Positions 1 to 10,044 of a DNA stretch of 41,076 bases are shown one piece after another. A model generated the notes under the pieces. The model was not told where the DNA came from. It made no database searches and saw only the letters and a program-made list of their open reading frames with translations. Every line of letters starts with the position of its first letter. Position 1 is the first letter of the stretch. This stretch comes from Candidatus Bathyarchaeum sp. (lineage in GTDB: Archaea; Thermoproteota; Bathyarchaeia; Bathyarchaeales; Bathyarchaeaceae): contig JAOZIF010000192.1 in NCBI GenBank assembly GCA_026014495.1, forward strand, positions 1 through 41,076, given 5' to 3'. Made by a program: the position numbers and the translations under genes.

Positions 1-118
1 AACAGACTCCCTTCCAGAAACAGAATATGGTTGGAGAGTAGAATAATCTATTTTAGGATTGACCCTTAAATTTTCGTATCAACACTAAACTTTTAAAACT
101 TTCAAGCGGGGCTTTGAT

Positions 119-868
119 GTGGAAAAATTAAATCAACTTCTTTTTGAACTCGCAAGTCCAGATAGAACAAAAATCTTATTTCAGCTCCAAAAAGAGCCGC
201 TAAAGCTTTCTCACATATCCCGCAAGCTTGATTTGACCGTTACTGAAACAACAAGGCATTTGAAACGACTAACTGATGTCAAGCTGATTATAAAAAATGC
301 TAAAGGGTTATTTGAAGTCACTCAATATGGAGAACTTGCTTTATCCTTGCTTTCACCCCTTGATTTTTTGACAAATCATCAAAACTATTTTTTGGAATAT
401 GATGTGTCTCCACTTCCATCCGAATTTATCAGCAGGATTGGAGAGCTAAAAAACGGAGAGTTAGGGACTGACATTTTGAGTAACTTAGAATACACAGAGA
501 ATCAGTTGCGAAAAGCAGAGAAGTTCATATGGATTCAAACAAACCAAGTTATGCAAAACATGATTTCCATAGTTTATGAAAAAATTAAAAAACCCTTTGA
601 CTTCAGATTTATTTCTCCACAAGAAATTATTCCTCCTGATAATGAAGCTCCAATACCCACTTCGATGCCCAATTCTGAAAAAAGAACGCTCCCAAAAGTG
701 GAAGTCATAATTATAGTTACAGACAAAGCAGCAGGTTTTTGTTTGCCCCAAAAAAATGGACAAATCGATTATAGAAACATGCATGGACAAGATGAATCAT
801 TCAAAAAATGGTGTAAAGATCTTTTCATACATTATTGGAACAATGCAAAACCAGTTCTTCCCAGATAA
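119..868 (+). CDS. Archaeal winged-HTH transcriptional regulator with C-terminal effector domain (DUF1724/TrmB-like)
   Basis: N-terminal ArsR-like wHTH (LASPDRTKILFQL...LSHISRKLDLTVTETTRHLKRL...FEVTQYG). The C-terminus ending FKKWCKDLFIHYWNNA is typical of this archaeal family. GTG start. Confidence 0.75.
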   Translation: MEKLNQLLFELASPDRTKILFQLQKEPLKLSHISRKLDLTVTETTRHLKRLTDVKLIIKNAKGLFEVTQYGELALSLLSPLDFLTNHQNYFLEYDVSPLPSEFISRIGELKNGELGTDILSNLEYTENQLRKAEKFIWIQTNQVMQNMISIVYEKIKKPFDFRFISPQEIIPPDNEAPIPTSMPNSEKRTLPKVEVIIIVTDKAAGFCLPQKNGQIDYRNMHGQDESFKKWCKDLFIHYWNNAKPVLPR

Positions 869-992
869 TTAGTTTGGGTTTGGAAATTTTAACCCAAAAT
901 GTGATATAAAAATTTTTTACAAAATGACCAATTCAGAAAGTAGAAATGAGTGTCTAATAGTATATTTTATTTTATAAATTAACCTTAGTAAA

Positions 993-1108
993 CTAATAGA
1001 GGTACATTGTTGAAAACTAGGTTTTTCTGAAAAATTTAGCACAGCACAAGTTTGTTGCTAAAGTTCACACTAACATCAGTATAACCTAACAGAACATGCT
1101 AAAACCTG
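993..1108 (+). repeat. Dispersed intergenic element, copy A
   Basis: CTAATAGAGGTACATTGTTGAAAA (993-1016) is identical to 26852-26875. Collinear shared blocks follow: TCTGAAAAATT, GCACAAG, AAAGTTCACAC, AAAACCTG. Confidence 0.85.
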
Positions 1109-1193
1109 TTCTCAATCATTATTTGTGCTTCATAATTGTTTAAACGTGAAACAGCAATCAGCAAATAAAACAACTGATGTTCTGGTGATGCTG

Positions 1194-1445
1194 ATGACTC
1201 TGCAGATAAACCAACAGCAAATCTGCCTTGCCCTAAATAATCCTCTTAGATGCTGGATTATAGAGCTGCTACAGTCTCACAGCGCTTTAAGTTCAACTGA
1301 CCTAGCAAGTTTACTGCACATAAGTTTGGGCAAATGCCATTACCATCTTGACAACTTAGATGGATTAATTAAACAAGACAACGAAAAACGATACTTCCTA
1401 ACCGAAGAAGGAAAAAGAGCCTTCCAGTTGCTAATTAAACTCTAA
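1194..1445 (+). CDS. Small ArsR-like winged-HTH protein
   Basis: ALNNPLRCWIIELL...SSTDLASLLHISLGKCHYHLDNL...YFLTEEGK is an ArsR/wHTH pattern. Start moved from 1125 to ATG 1194, which follows a GGTGA ribosome-binding site. Confidence 0.75.
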   Translation: MTLQINQQQICLALNNPLRCWIIELLQSHSALSSTDLASLLHISLGKCHYHLDNLDGLIKQDNEKRYFLTEEGKRAFQLLIKL

Positions 1446-1634
1446 ATTTACTCTGCTTTTGTGTACTTGCTTTTTAGTTTGTACGCGCTTCTCCTAAACA
1501 ACAATCCACTTTTTGATAAAAACTAATCTTGCGCATATTAACCCAAGCTCGTACAATAAAATAAAATGTAAACCACTCTCATTTTACTCCTACAAACTTT
1601 TCTAAAACTGAAAAACACCAATCATATTAGGAGA

Positions 1635-1710
1635 CTAATAGCAGATGATTGTTGAAAACCACCTTTTTTGAAATTTACTGCAACAGCAATTTTTTTGTTA
1701 CCTAAAAGCT
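1635..1710 (+). repeat. Dispersed intergenic element, diverged copy C (upstream of valS)
   Basis: CTAATAG-N6-ATTGTTGAAAAC-N..TTTTTTGAAATTT...TTTGTTACCTAAAAGCT has the same spacing as copy A. Confidence 0.65.
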
Positions 1711-1762
1711 AAATTACTTCCGCGTTAATTTTACGATAAATCACTGTTACTGAGGCTAACTG

Positions 1763-4216
1763 ATGAAAAAGTTCCCTAAAAAATTCAATTTACTTTTAAT
1801 CGAGGAGAAGTGGCAAAAAGACTGGGAAGAAATGGGCATATACAGATTCAACCGAGAAGACTCTCGCCCCTCATTTACAATTGATACTCCTCCTCCGTAT
1901 CCTTCAGGCAACTTTCACATGGGAAACGTCCTCAACTGGACATACATAGACACCCTAGCCCGCTACAAACGCATGCAAGGCTATAACGTGCTGTTTCCGC
2001 AGGGCTGGGACTGCCATGGGCTTCCAACAGAAGTCAAAACAGAAGAAATCCACAAAATCAAAAAAACCGACTTGCCCCCCGCAGAATTCGTTAAACTCTG
2101 CAAACAGGTCATCAACAAGTATATTGCCATAATGAAAAAAGCCATCATACGTCTTGGCTGCAGTGTGGACTGGACAACAGAATACAAAACCATGAACCCA
2201 AACTACTGGAAAAACACCCAGCTAAGCTTCATACAACTCCACAAAAAAGGATTAATCTACAAGGGAACGCACCCCATCAGCTGGTGCACAAGCTGCGAAA
2301 CAGCAATCGCAGACGCCGAAGTAGAACACGAACAAAAAGACGGCACTTTGTACTACATCAAATTCATGCTAGAAGACGGTAACCACCTTTTGATAGCTAC
2401 TAGTCGCCCTGAACTTTTGCAAGCTTGCGTAACCGTAGCAGTGAACCCAAAAGACAGCCGCTACACCAAATACATCGGCAAAAACATCACCGTCCCCATA
2501 GCAAACAGACAAGTCAAAATAATAGCCGAAAAAGCCGTAGACCCAAAATTCGGAACAGGCGTTCTGATGATTTGCACATACGGAGACAAAGCAGACGTAA
2601 AAGCTGTATCTGCCCTCAAACTGCCAGCAATCATCCTAATCGACGACAAAGGCAAAATGAACGAAAAAGCAGGAAAATATGTAGGACTAACCGCCAAACA
2701 AGCAAGAAAAGCCATAGTGGCAGACATAAAACAAGCAGGTCTTCTAGAAAAAACAGAGCCTCTTAGTCACGAAGTTGGCACTTGCTGGAGATGCAAAACT
2801 CCAATCGAAATCTTGGAGCATGAACAATGGTTCATGAAAACTCGTACATTCACAGAACAAGTCAAAAAGAACACCCATGACGTAACATGGTATCCAAACA
2901 ACATGAAAAAACGCATGATTGACTGGACAAACAGCCTAGACTGGGACTGGGTAATCTCACGCCAAAGAATCTTTGCAACTCCAATACCTGTGTGGTACTG
3001 CAAAGGCTGCCAAGAACAAATAATCGCACAGCCAGACTGGGTGCCAATAGACCCAAGAACTGAAGCCCCAAAACTTGACAGGTGCCCAAAATGTGGCTCA
3101 ACAGAATTTGTTCCAGAAACGGATGTTCTGGACACATGGTTTGATTCATCTATTACTTGTGCTGTTCATGCGGGCTGGCCAGACAAACCTGACTGGCAAA
3201 AGCTGTACCCCGCAGATGTGCATCCTTCTGGTTATGATATTATTCGAACATGGGCTTACTACTTGATGGTTCGTGGTCTGGCCCTGTTTGACCAAAGACC
3301 ATACAACAGTGTTCTAATCAACGGCATGGTTCTTGGAACCGATGGCAGAAAAATGAGCAAATCCCTGGGCAACTTCGTAGCCACACCAGACGTATTCCAG
3401 AAATATGGCGCCGACGCGCCCCGACAATGGGCAACAGGTGGAGGAGCTACAGGGTCAGATATTCCATTCAGGTGGGAAGACGTGGAATATGCGTGGAGAT
3501 ACCTGCGAAAACTTTGGAATGCCTCCCGATTCGCAGCAATGCACTTAGAAGACTACAACCCAAAAAGTAAACAGCCCAAATTAGAACCAATAGATCGCTG
3601 GTTGCTCAGCAAAATGGAGCAAGTCACCCAGAAGGTAACTGACGCATTGGAAAGCTGCCAATTCAATGTAGCCACAGACGAAATCCGACAATTTACATGG
3701 CACAGCTTCTGTGACAACTACATTGAAGCCGTCAAACATCGGCTATATCAACCTGAAACATACGGTGCAGAAAAACGACAAGCAGCCCAGTACACTCTTT
3801 ACACGGCGATTTACAGGATAATTCAGATGCTATCCCCAATTTCACCACACATAACAGAAGAACTATACCAGATAATGTTTGCAGATGATAAACAACTTGA
3901 TAGCATTCATGTTTCTCAGTGGCCTACAATCCACAAAGAACTAATCGATAAAGACACCGAAAAAAGCGGCGACCTTATTGTTGCTGTTATGAGCGAAATT
4001 CGTAGAGACAAAGCGGAAAATCAAAAACCGTTGAATGCTCAAATCCAAAAATTAACGGTATATACAGAAGACAAACAAACCGCAGATATTCTAGCAAAAG
4101 CTGAAGAAGATCTTGCTGGAACATGCAAAATAGAAAAACTGACAATTGAGTTAACTAAAGGCAAAGGAAAAGAAGTGCAAGGATATCCAAACATACAATT
4201 TGTTGCAGAATACTAG
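1763..4216 (+). CDS. valS: Valine--tRNA ligase (archaeal type)
   Basis: IDTPPPYPSGNFHMGN (HIGH-like motif), GWDCHGLP, DWVISRQR, KMSKS and a C-terminal anticodon-binding domain; 817 aa. Confidence 0.95.
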   Translation: MKKFPKKFNLLLIEEKWQKDWEEMGIYRFNREDSRPSFTIDTPPPYPSGNFHMGNVLNWTYIDTLARYKRMQGYNVLFPQGWDCHGLPTEVKTEEIHKIKKTDLPPAEFVKLCKQVINKYIAIMKKAIIRLGCSVDWTTEYKTMNPNYWKNTQLSFIQLHKKGLIYKGTHPISWCTSCETAIADAEVEHEQKDGTLYYIKFMLEDGNHLLIATSRPELLQACVTVAVNPKDSRYTKYIGKNITVPIANRQVKIIAEKAVDPKFGTGVLMICTYGDKADVKAVSALKLPAIILIDDKGKMNEKAGKYVGLTAKQARKAIVADIKQAGLLEKTEPLSHEVGTCWRCKTPIEILEHEQWFMKTRTFTEQVKKNTHDVTWYPNNMKKRMIDWTNSLDWDWVISRQRIFATPIPVWYCKGCQEQIIAQPDWVPIDPRTEAPKLDRCPKCGSTEFVPETDVLDTWFDSSITCAVHAGWPDKPDWQKLYPADVHPSGYDIIRTWAYYLMVRGLALFDQRPYNSVLINGMVLGTDGRKMSKSLGNFVATPDVFQKYGADAPRQWATGGGATGSDIPFRWEDVEYAWRYLRKLWNASRFAAMHLEDYNPKSKQPKLEPIDRWLLSKMEQVTQKVTDALESCQFNVATDEIRQFTWHSFCDNYIEAVKHRLYQPETYGAEKRQAAQYTLYTAIYRIIQMLSPISPHITEELYQIMFADDKQLDSIHVSQWPTIHKELIDKDTEKSGDLIVAVMSEIRRDKAENQKPLNAQIQKLTVYTEDKQTADILAKAEEDLAGTCKIEKLTIELTKGKGKEVQGYPNIQFVAEY

Positions 4217-5472
4217 ACTGCCGCTTTGTATCGAAGAATTGCTGCCACTCCACCAAATGATTTTTTGAGCATTTGGCCCTCTTCAGTGTCTGCTGATATT
4301 ATTTCTATGTTTGTTCCAATGATTTCTGCCGTTTCAGCCAAGTCATCGATGAGCTCTTTTGTTTCAACCACCGCCAATGTTGGAACGGTACACTTTGGGC
4401 AAGCACTACCGTTGGTGTTCTGTTCAAACTCTGCAATTTTATGCATCTTCATTGTTTCGTTTTTGGTGTATTCGCATGAACCACATTTCACTGTAACAAG
4501 AATGGAATCAAGGTCTTCAGAAAGCAACAAAGTATCCACAATACCATTGTTCAAATATTTCCGAACTTCCGCTTCACCGTAGGTGGCTAAGCCCGTATCT
4601 TGACCAATTTCACGCAGAAACTTTTGTACGATTTTCTTTTCTTCAAAATACCTCAATTTCTGCAAAATCTCTTTTGAGCCTTCTATAACCTCTTCTACAC
4701 CATGTTCGTCCGTGTATGATGTGTCAATTGTGGCTAACATCTTATCTTTCAAAGTGTAATGTAGAAAGTTTCCTTTTTCAAACTCTTCTTTTGTAGGGCC
4801 TGGTCCACCCAAAAGTATGCCCTTTAAGTTTTCAATTGGCAGAAAAATTTCGTTACCGTATTCGCCAATTCGAGTGAAAAACTCGTGCACTTTTGCTTGA
4901 CGCATTCGAACAAACCTTTTTGCGGATTGCCCTCCTGCCCTGAATTTTCCAGGAATACCTGAGGTTACTTGTTTTATTATATCAAGGTGTTTTCCTCTTG
5001 CCGTAGCAAAAGTTGCCTGTGCAGAGTCTAACACGATTATTCCGTATGTTTCTTTTTCTTTCAAGAACTCTGCTAGGTGTTCAGTGTGGAATCTGGCATC
5101 GCATCGATATAGATAAATTTGTATCGGTTCAGGTGGAGAAATGATGTATAACTCAATTTTTTCGCTTCCAGGACCATTCTGAGGAATTGCCCCACAAAAA
5201 AGTACCAACCCGTTTTCTGGTACGGTCTTAAACATTTTCATTCTTTGTGTAACCCTAGTGATTGCATCTTGAACGTTTTTTCTAGTTGTGTTTGATTTGA
5301 TGTTAGTTGCTGTTCCATATTCATTGTTTAGCATGGCCACTACTTCACTGACCTGTCTGCCCGGAGGTACATAAAGGGAAACAAGCTCTGTTCCTCTGCC
5401 TTCTCTGGCTGCTAATCTCTCTAAATTTCGTTTTAAACGAAAACGTAGAAGCGAATCTTGTTTGGTACTCAA
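4213..5472 (-). CDS. prf1: Peptide chain release factor aRF1
   Basis: NIKS, YRCDARF (YxCxxxF) and GGQS motifs, plus CxxC...CxxC in the C-domain. TTG start. Confidence 0.97.
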   Translation of the reverse strand: MSTKQDSLLRFRLKRNLERLAAREGRGTELVSLYVPPGRQVSEVVAMLNNEYGTATNIKSNTTRKNVQDAITRVTQRMKMFKTVPENGLVLFCGAIPQNGPGSEKIELYIISPPEPIQIYLYRCDARFHTEHLAEFLKEKETYGIIVLDSAQATFATARGKHLDIIKQVTSGIPGKFRAGGQSAKRFVRMRQAKVHEFFTRIGEYGNEIFLPIENLKGILLGGPGPTKEEFEKGNFLHYTLKDKMLATIDTSYTDEHGVEEVIEGSKEILQKLRYFEEKKIVQKFLREIGQDTGLATYGEAEVRKYLNNGIVDTLLLSEDLDSILVTVKCGSCEYTKNETMKMHKIAEFEQNTNGSACPKCTVPTLAVVETKELIDDLAETAEIIGTNIEIISADTEEGQMLKKSFGGVAAILRYKAAV

Positions 5473-5689
5473 TGTTAATTACGCTCTGTCTTAGAGCTTA
5501 ACAATGTAGCATGGCTGATAAAAGTTATCTTTTAGTCTGCAGACTACTTGAACCCTTGACTTTGTTAAACTATCCTGTTGTGGGGTGTAAGGGCAAGATT
5601 ATTCAAACTGAACTTAACTATGTGTGTGGACATAAACAGTGTCTAGTATTGTTTAGGGTGGGAGAAAAAAGATTCCAGCTCAACGGCTA

Positions 5690-6610
5690 GTGTTTGTTGG
5701 TCACATATCTGTTGACAAAGTCGAAAACGTCAACGGTACACATGTTCAGCCTGGAGGCGCAGCCCTATACGCGGCGATGGCAGCTAGAACCCTGTTCCAG
5801 AACGTCACTTTAATCTCGGCTACTGGAAAAGACAATAAATTCATTGATGTTCTCAATCTTTTGCCATACAAAGACGTGAAAACATACGATGCATCCTCAA
5901 CAAAGTTTCACATCAAGTATGACAGTAGCTGGGAAGCCAATTACCTAAAAGTCGAACATGGTGCTGGTTCCAAAATAACGTCCCGTAGAATATCAAAACG
6001 GTGGCTCAAACACAAAAGTATCTTCCATATTTCACCTATGCAGCCCTCGAATGTTGCCAAAATATTGGACAAGATAAAGCAGAAGTCTCCAGAGACCAAA
6101 GTTTCAGTTAACACGTGGATAAACTACATCCGAGAAAGTCGGAAAAACAGGAAAATCCTCAAGGATATTGCTTTGAAGGCAGACTTTTTTATTGTAAACG
6201 ACACTGAAGCTAAAGCATTAGCCCAGACTACCTCTATCTCTTCTGCTGTTAGGCTTCTTAAAGCCAAGAATCTAATTCTTACATTGGGAAACCTAGGTGC
6301 TGTAGTAAACAGTGAAAAAGTAGGTCTACAGATGATTCCTTCTGTAACTTTAGCGCCAGATAAGATCGTTGACACAACAGGGGCAGGAGATGTTTGGTGT
6401 GGTGCTTTTTTGGCGGCCTATAACCTCACTGAAGATTTTGGCAAATCAATTGGTGTTGCATCTACAATTTCGCGTATTAAATGCTCTGATTGGGGCTTTA
6501 AGAGTCTGATTAATCTGCGTTTCAAGGAACCCGACGATGTGATAGACTTCTTTATGAGTCTGAAGGACGGCGTCATTCAAAAAACAATGCCTGACTACAT
6601 AAAAGATTGA
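5690..6610 (+). CDS. PfkB-family carbohydrate/nucleoside kinase
   Basis: PGGAALYAA and VDTTGAGDVWCGAF (anion hole plus catalytic Asp). The true start may be slightly upstream (ATT 5672). Confidence 0.9.
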   Translation: MFVGHISVDKVENVNGTHVQPGGAALYAAMAARTLFQNVTLISATGKDNKFIDVLNLLPYKDVKTYDASSTKFHIKYDSSWEANYLKVEHGAGSKITSRRISKRWLKHKSIFHISPMQPSNVAKILDKIKQKSPETKVSVNTWINYIRESRKNRKILKDIALKADFFIVNDTEAKALAQTTSISSAVRLLKAKNLILTLGNLGAVVNSEKVGLQMIPSVTLAPDKIVDTTGAGDVWCGAFLAAYNLTEDFGKSIGVASTISRIKCSDWGFKSLINLRFKEPDDVIDFFMSLKDGVIQKTMPDYIKD

Positions 6611-6727
6611 GTCACCACGGCATTCTTGTTTGCTTTAATAAAATCTTTTAAACACCGAAGTTTGAGAACAATCTAAAAAGAAACATTCTTTAGGATATTT
6701 AGCCGCATAAGATGTGGAGACGATTGC

Positions 6728-6967
6728 ATGCCCATGGCCTATGTGTTGATTAATACCGAACCAAAACATATGGAAAACGTTGTAGCAACTTTAGAGAAAC
6801 TTGACTCTGTTGTGGAAATCTTTCCAGTATACGGCGTCTATGATGTAGTAGCAAAAATTCAAGCAGAAACCATGGAAAAACTCAAAGACACAGTCACTTG
6901 GAAAGTACGCAGTCTAGACGAGGTCCGCTCAACAATAACAATGCTGATTCTAGAAGACAAAAAATAG
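6728..6967 (+). CDS. Stand-alone Lrp/AsnC ligand-binding (RAM) domain protein
   Basis: AYVLIN...VYGVYDVVAKIQA...VRSLDEVRSTITM; no HTH domain. Confidence 0.9.
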   Translation: MPMAYVLINTEPKHMENVVATLEKLDSVVEIFPVYGVYDVVAKIQAETMEKLKDTVTWKVRSLDEVRSTITMLILEDKK

Positions 6968-7013
6968 CATTGACTACTATAGTTTACTGTTTATAAAAAA
7001 GAAGAGTTTAGCA

Positions 7014-7550
7014 TTGAAGAATGCAGCAATAATTTACTGGTCAAGCACTGGGAACACACAGAAAGTAGCTTTTGCAATAAAGGACGGTTTAGAGGCTGCG
7101 GGAGTAAACGTTTCGTTAATGAAAACAACCAAGGCCTATGACATAGACTACTTTGATTATGACCTTGTCTGTGTTGGTTGTCCATCTATTCAGTGGCATC
7201 CGCCCAAACCTGTTACCGAGTTTTTGCTCAAAAAATTTGACGATTACAAAAAGCAGGAAAAAATCAAAACAGGCGCTCCAAAGGTTCCCGGAAAAAACGC
7301 ATTAATCTTTTGCACCTATTCAGGACCACACACTGGGCTTCGTGAAGCAACACCTGTAGGCAAGTATGTTGGGCAGTTCTTTGAACACATTGGATTCACG
7401 GTAGTGGATGAATGGTATGTTCTAAGCGAGTTTATCGGCTCAGAGGAACGTAGCACAAAAGGCAGAATGGGTGATATTAGAGGAAAACCAACAAAGGAAG
7501 AATTGCAAAAAATAATGATGGATGCCAAAAACTTGGCTTCCAAACTCTAA
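7014..7550 (+). CDS. Flavodoxin-domain protein
   Basis: IIYWSSTGNTQKVAFAI phosphate-binding loop and YDLVCVGCP. TTG start shortly after TTTATAAA. Confidence 0.9.
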   Translation: MKNAAIIYWSSTGNTQKVAFAIKDGLEAAGVNVSLMKTTKAYDIDYFDYDLVCVGCPSIQWHPPKPVTEFLLKKFDDYKKQEKIKTGAPKVPGKNALIFCTYSGPHTGLREATPVGKYVGQFFEHIGFTVVDEWYVLSEFIGSEERSTKGRMGDIRGKPTKEELQKIMMDAKNLASKL

Positions 7551-7590
7551 AAGAGAATTATATCTTCTATTTTGTGTGCTAATTTTTTTC

Positions 7591-9672
7591 TCAAATACTT
7601 CCATAATTGTTTGAGGCCCGTTTTCTTCTTTTCCAAATGAGCACAGCCAGTGAAATTATTGATATCCCAACAACAGCACCAATTAACCATGATGGAACCC
7701 CAGTAGACGCCACAGTTACTCTTATCTGAGTTGTACCAGTGTTGCCTGCGCTATCTTGAACTGTTAATGTTACTGTGTATTTTCCCTCGGCACTGTATTG
7801 ATATGTTAGTTCTTGGCCTGTGCCTGTTGCTCCGTTCCCAAAATCCCATTCGTAGCTGACCAACCCTGAGGTATCGCTAGATCTTCTGGCTGTGAATGTC
7901 ACATCTGTGTCAACACTTACTGTCTGGTCCGACCCAGCATCTGTTTTAGGCTCAATTGTGTCAACTGTTATACTGTCTTTGTATTCGTCTGAAACTAGAC
8001 CTGCGTTGTCCATGAACTGCACATAAACTGTTTTAATTCCATCGCCCATTAACAATCTCCAACTCTTAGATGACGAATACGTTTCCCAACTGCTCCACTC
8101 TGTCCTGTCGTTGGTGAAACGCATCTGAGATACACCTGAAGCAGGGTCATATGTAGACAGCGTCAAAGTCACATAAACCGAGTTAACGTACGCTGTGTTT
8201 TCGTTAATCGCAACAGAACCAACAGGCGCCGTTTTGTCTAACTTGCAAGTCTCAGTTTTTGTGTCTTCAACATTTCCTGCTTTATCTACTGACCTGTAGT
8301 AAATCAATAAATTGCCTTCACTGGCGATTGTAACTGGTGTCGAATATGTGTTCCAGACTTGATTATCAAGACTATATTCTATCCTGTCTACTTCAGAAAT
8401 TGCATCACTTGCATAAACAGTTACGGTGACGTCCGAAGTGAACCAGCCCTCATTACCTACTACACCATTCAAATTAATTAAAGATGCAGGATGCGACTTG
8501 TCCAATTTTATTTCCTCAACTAGTTTATGGCTTTCCTCTTTTCCAGAATTATCAACACTCCAGTATTCCAAAGTGTTGCTCGGTCCTTCAGTAGTGATGA
8601 CTGGTTGCCCATCAGAACGCACTGTTCTCGTTGGTTCACCATTAATTTTGTAATATGTTTCTGCAACTCCGCTTTCCTGATCCGTAGCTGTCAATGTTAT
8701 GGTGATGTCAGATGTGTGCCACAAACCGTTATAATCGTCAACGGTGACTGGAACCGCAAAATCTTGAGACACTGTTACGTTGGATGACACATTATTTGTG
8801 AATCCATCTTCATCCGTAATTGTTAACGTAACGCAATAACTGCCCGTTGCAGTATATGTATGGATTACAATTGGTGTACTTGATGACGTAATATTGTAGT
8901 CGCCGAAATCCCAAGTATAGTTAACAATGTTGCTGTATCCACTGCTTTCAGATGCGTCAAAAGTTATTTCTGCATCAATGTATGGCATTGAAGGCGAATA
9001 CACAAACTTTGGTGTGAGCAACTGTACATTATCATCTTGCGGAAGTGATTCCCCCTCGTTAGGTATGTTCGCGTATTCTATTTTATAGTAATCGCCAGTG
9101 TTGTATGCGCCATAATACGGCAATTCTCCTTCATAATACTCGACAGAGTTTTCATAATCAGCTGCAAGTAAGATTATGTCGTCATCCTCAAAAGTGAAAT
9201 CGAAGCCTACGTGACTTTTGTAAAAATAGTATGTTCGTAAACCGTCAATTGGGTGAGTCCTCTGCTCAGACATAAAAGGGGATTCCGCCGTGACCTGATG
9301 AATAGATACGTTGCCCCCATAAACTCCTTGGATGCCAAAGCCGGGCATAATCTGTGCGCTTCCTTGGTCTAATTTTTCAGATAACCCAATGCTCCAATTA
9401 CCCACTGGAATCGGTTCAGTTTCTCTTATCACCCACACCCTGAAGTTAATTTTGTCAGCCCACTGTGAAACAGTAAATACTGACCATATAACCGTACCTT
9501 CTGAGCCATTCATGCCCTCTAATCCTACATAACGAACTGAAGGCGATGTCTGCGCTTTTACAGTCTGAATACTTGGTGCAATCAACAATAACGTGAATAG
9601 AAACACAAACATGACGCTGTAACGTCTGTTTTTCAGGGCATCTCCCATTGCAGTTAACATCATACTTAACAT
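7591..9672 (-). CDS. Membrane-anchored surface protein with two PKD domains and Ig-like (OmpL47-type) repeats
   Basis: Signal peptide. PKD motifs YTWDFGD...HTY...VTLTITD and YEWDFGNG...YQY...VTLTVQD. Repeats TLTATDQESGVAETYY / VYASDAISEVDRIEYSLD. C-terminal TM segment plus KRRKR. Start may be 9663, 9660 or 9648. Confidence 0.9.
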   Translation of the reverse strand: MLSMMLTAMGDALKNRRYSVMFVFLFTLLLIAPSIQTVKAQTSPSVRYVGLEGMNGSEGTVIWSVFTVSQWADKINFRVWVIRETEPIPVGNWSIGLSEKLDQGSAQIMPGFGIQGVYGGNVSIHQVTAESPFMSEQRTHPIDGLRTYYFYKSHVGFDFTFEDDDIILLAADYENSVEYYEGELPYYGAYNTGDYYKIEYANIPNEGESLPQDDNVQLLTPKFVYSPSMPYIDAEITFDASESSGYSNIVNYTWDFGDYNITSSSTPIVIHTYTATGSYCVTLTITDEDGFTNNVSSNVTVSQDFAVPVTVDDYNGLWHTSDITITLTATDQESGVAETYYKINGEPTRTVRSDGQPVITTEGPSNTLEYWSVDNSGKEESHKLVEEIKLDKSHPASLINLNGVVGNEGWFTSDVTVTVYASDAISEVDRIEYSLDNQVWNTYSTPVTIASEGNLLIYYRSVDKAGNVEDTKTETCKLDKTAPVGSVAINENTAYVNSVYVTLTLSTYDPASGVSQMRFTNDRTEWSSWETYSSSKSWRLLMGDGIKTVYVQFMDNAGLVSDEYKDSITVDTIEPKTDAGSDQTVSVDTDVTFTARRSSDTSGLVSYEWDFGNGATGTGQELTYQYSAEGKYTVTLTVQDSAGNTGTTQIRVTVASTGVPSWLIGAVVGISIISLAVLIWKRRKRASNNYGSI

Positions 9673-9932
9673 TTTATCATTTGAGATATTTTATGTGTTA
9701 TGCCATATTGTTATGCCCGTTAATTATGCTGTTCTCGAAAATCAAACCAAAATCAGAGATGAAAAAAGAAAACATGACCAATAATGTGTTTGAGCTTGAG
9801 CTTAAATTAAACCCCACCCGACAAATAAACATCGGCTTGTTTAACTGTATTTGCTTTCTCCTATTTGCCTCACTCTGTGCACATTCTTTTTACGATGTTG
9901 TTTGTGGCAAACACGGTTTCTTTTTTCCGTTC

Positions 9933-9941
9933 CTTTATAAG
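9933..9941 (+). promoter_or_regulatory. Candidate TATA box of the first CxxC-x17-CxxC gene
   Basis: CTTTATAAG about 105 nt upstream of ATG 10045. The identical 9-mer precedes the paralog at 15700 (minus). Confidence 0.45.
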
Positions 9942-10044
9942 GATGCAAACCTTAGTGTACCTTGAAGAATTTCTTTTATTACATTGGACTTGTTCTACTG
10001 GATAACTGGACTTTTTCTATACAAGTTTACCGAGGTGAGTTTGC

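Noticed and set aside
1-46. 3' end of an upstream gene (frame 2: TDSLPETEYGWRVE*)
   Set aside because: Too short to support or identify.
1635-1762. T-box riboswitch upstream of valS
   Set aside because: No T-box consensus (GGTGGNACCGCG) or antiterminator; the region is instead a copy of the dispersed element.
4213-4216. Tail-to-tail stop-codon overlaps (valS/prf1 CTAG; also TTAA at 33982-33985)
   Set aside because: Common in compact archaeal genomes; no further sign of antisense regulation.
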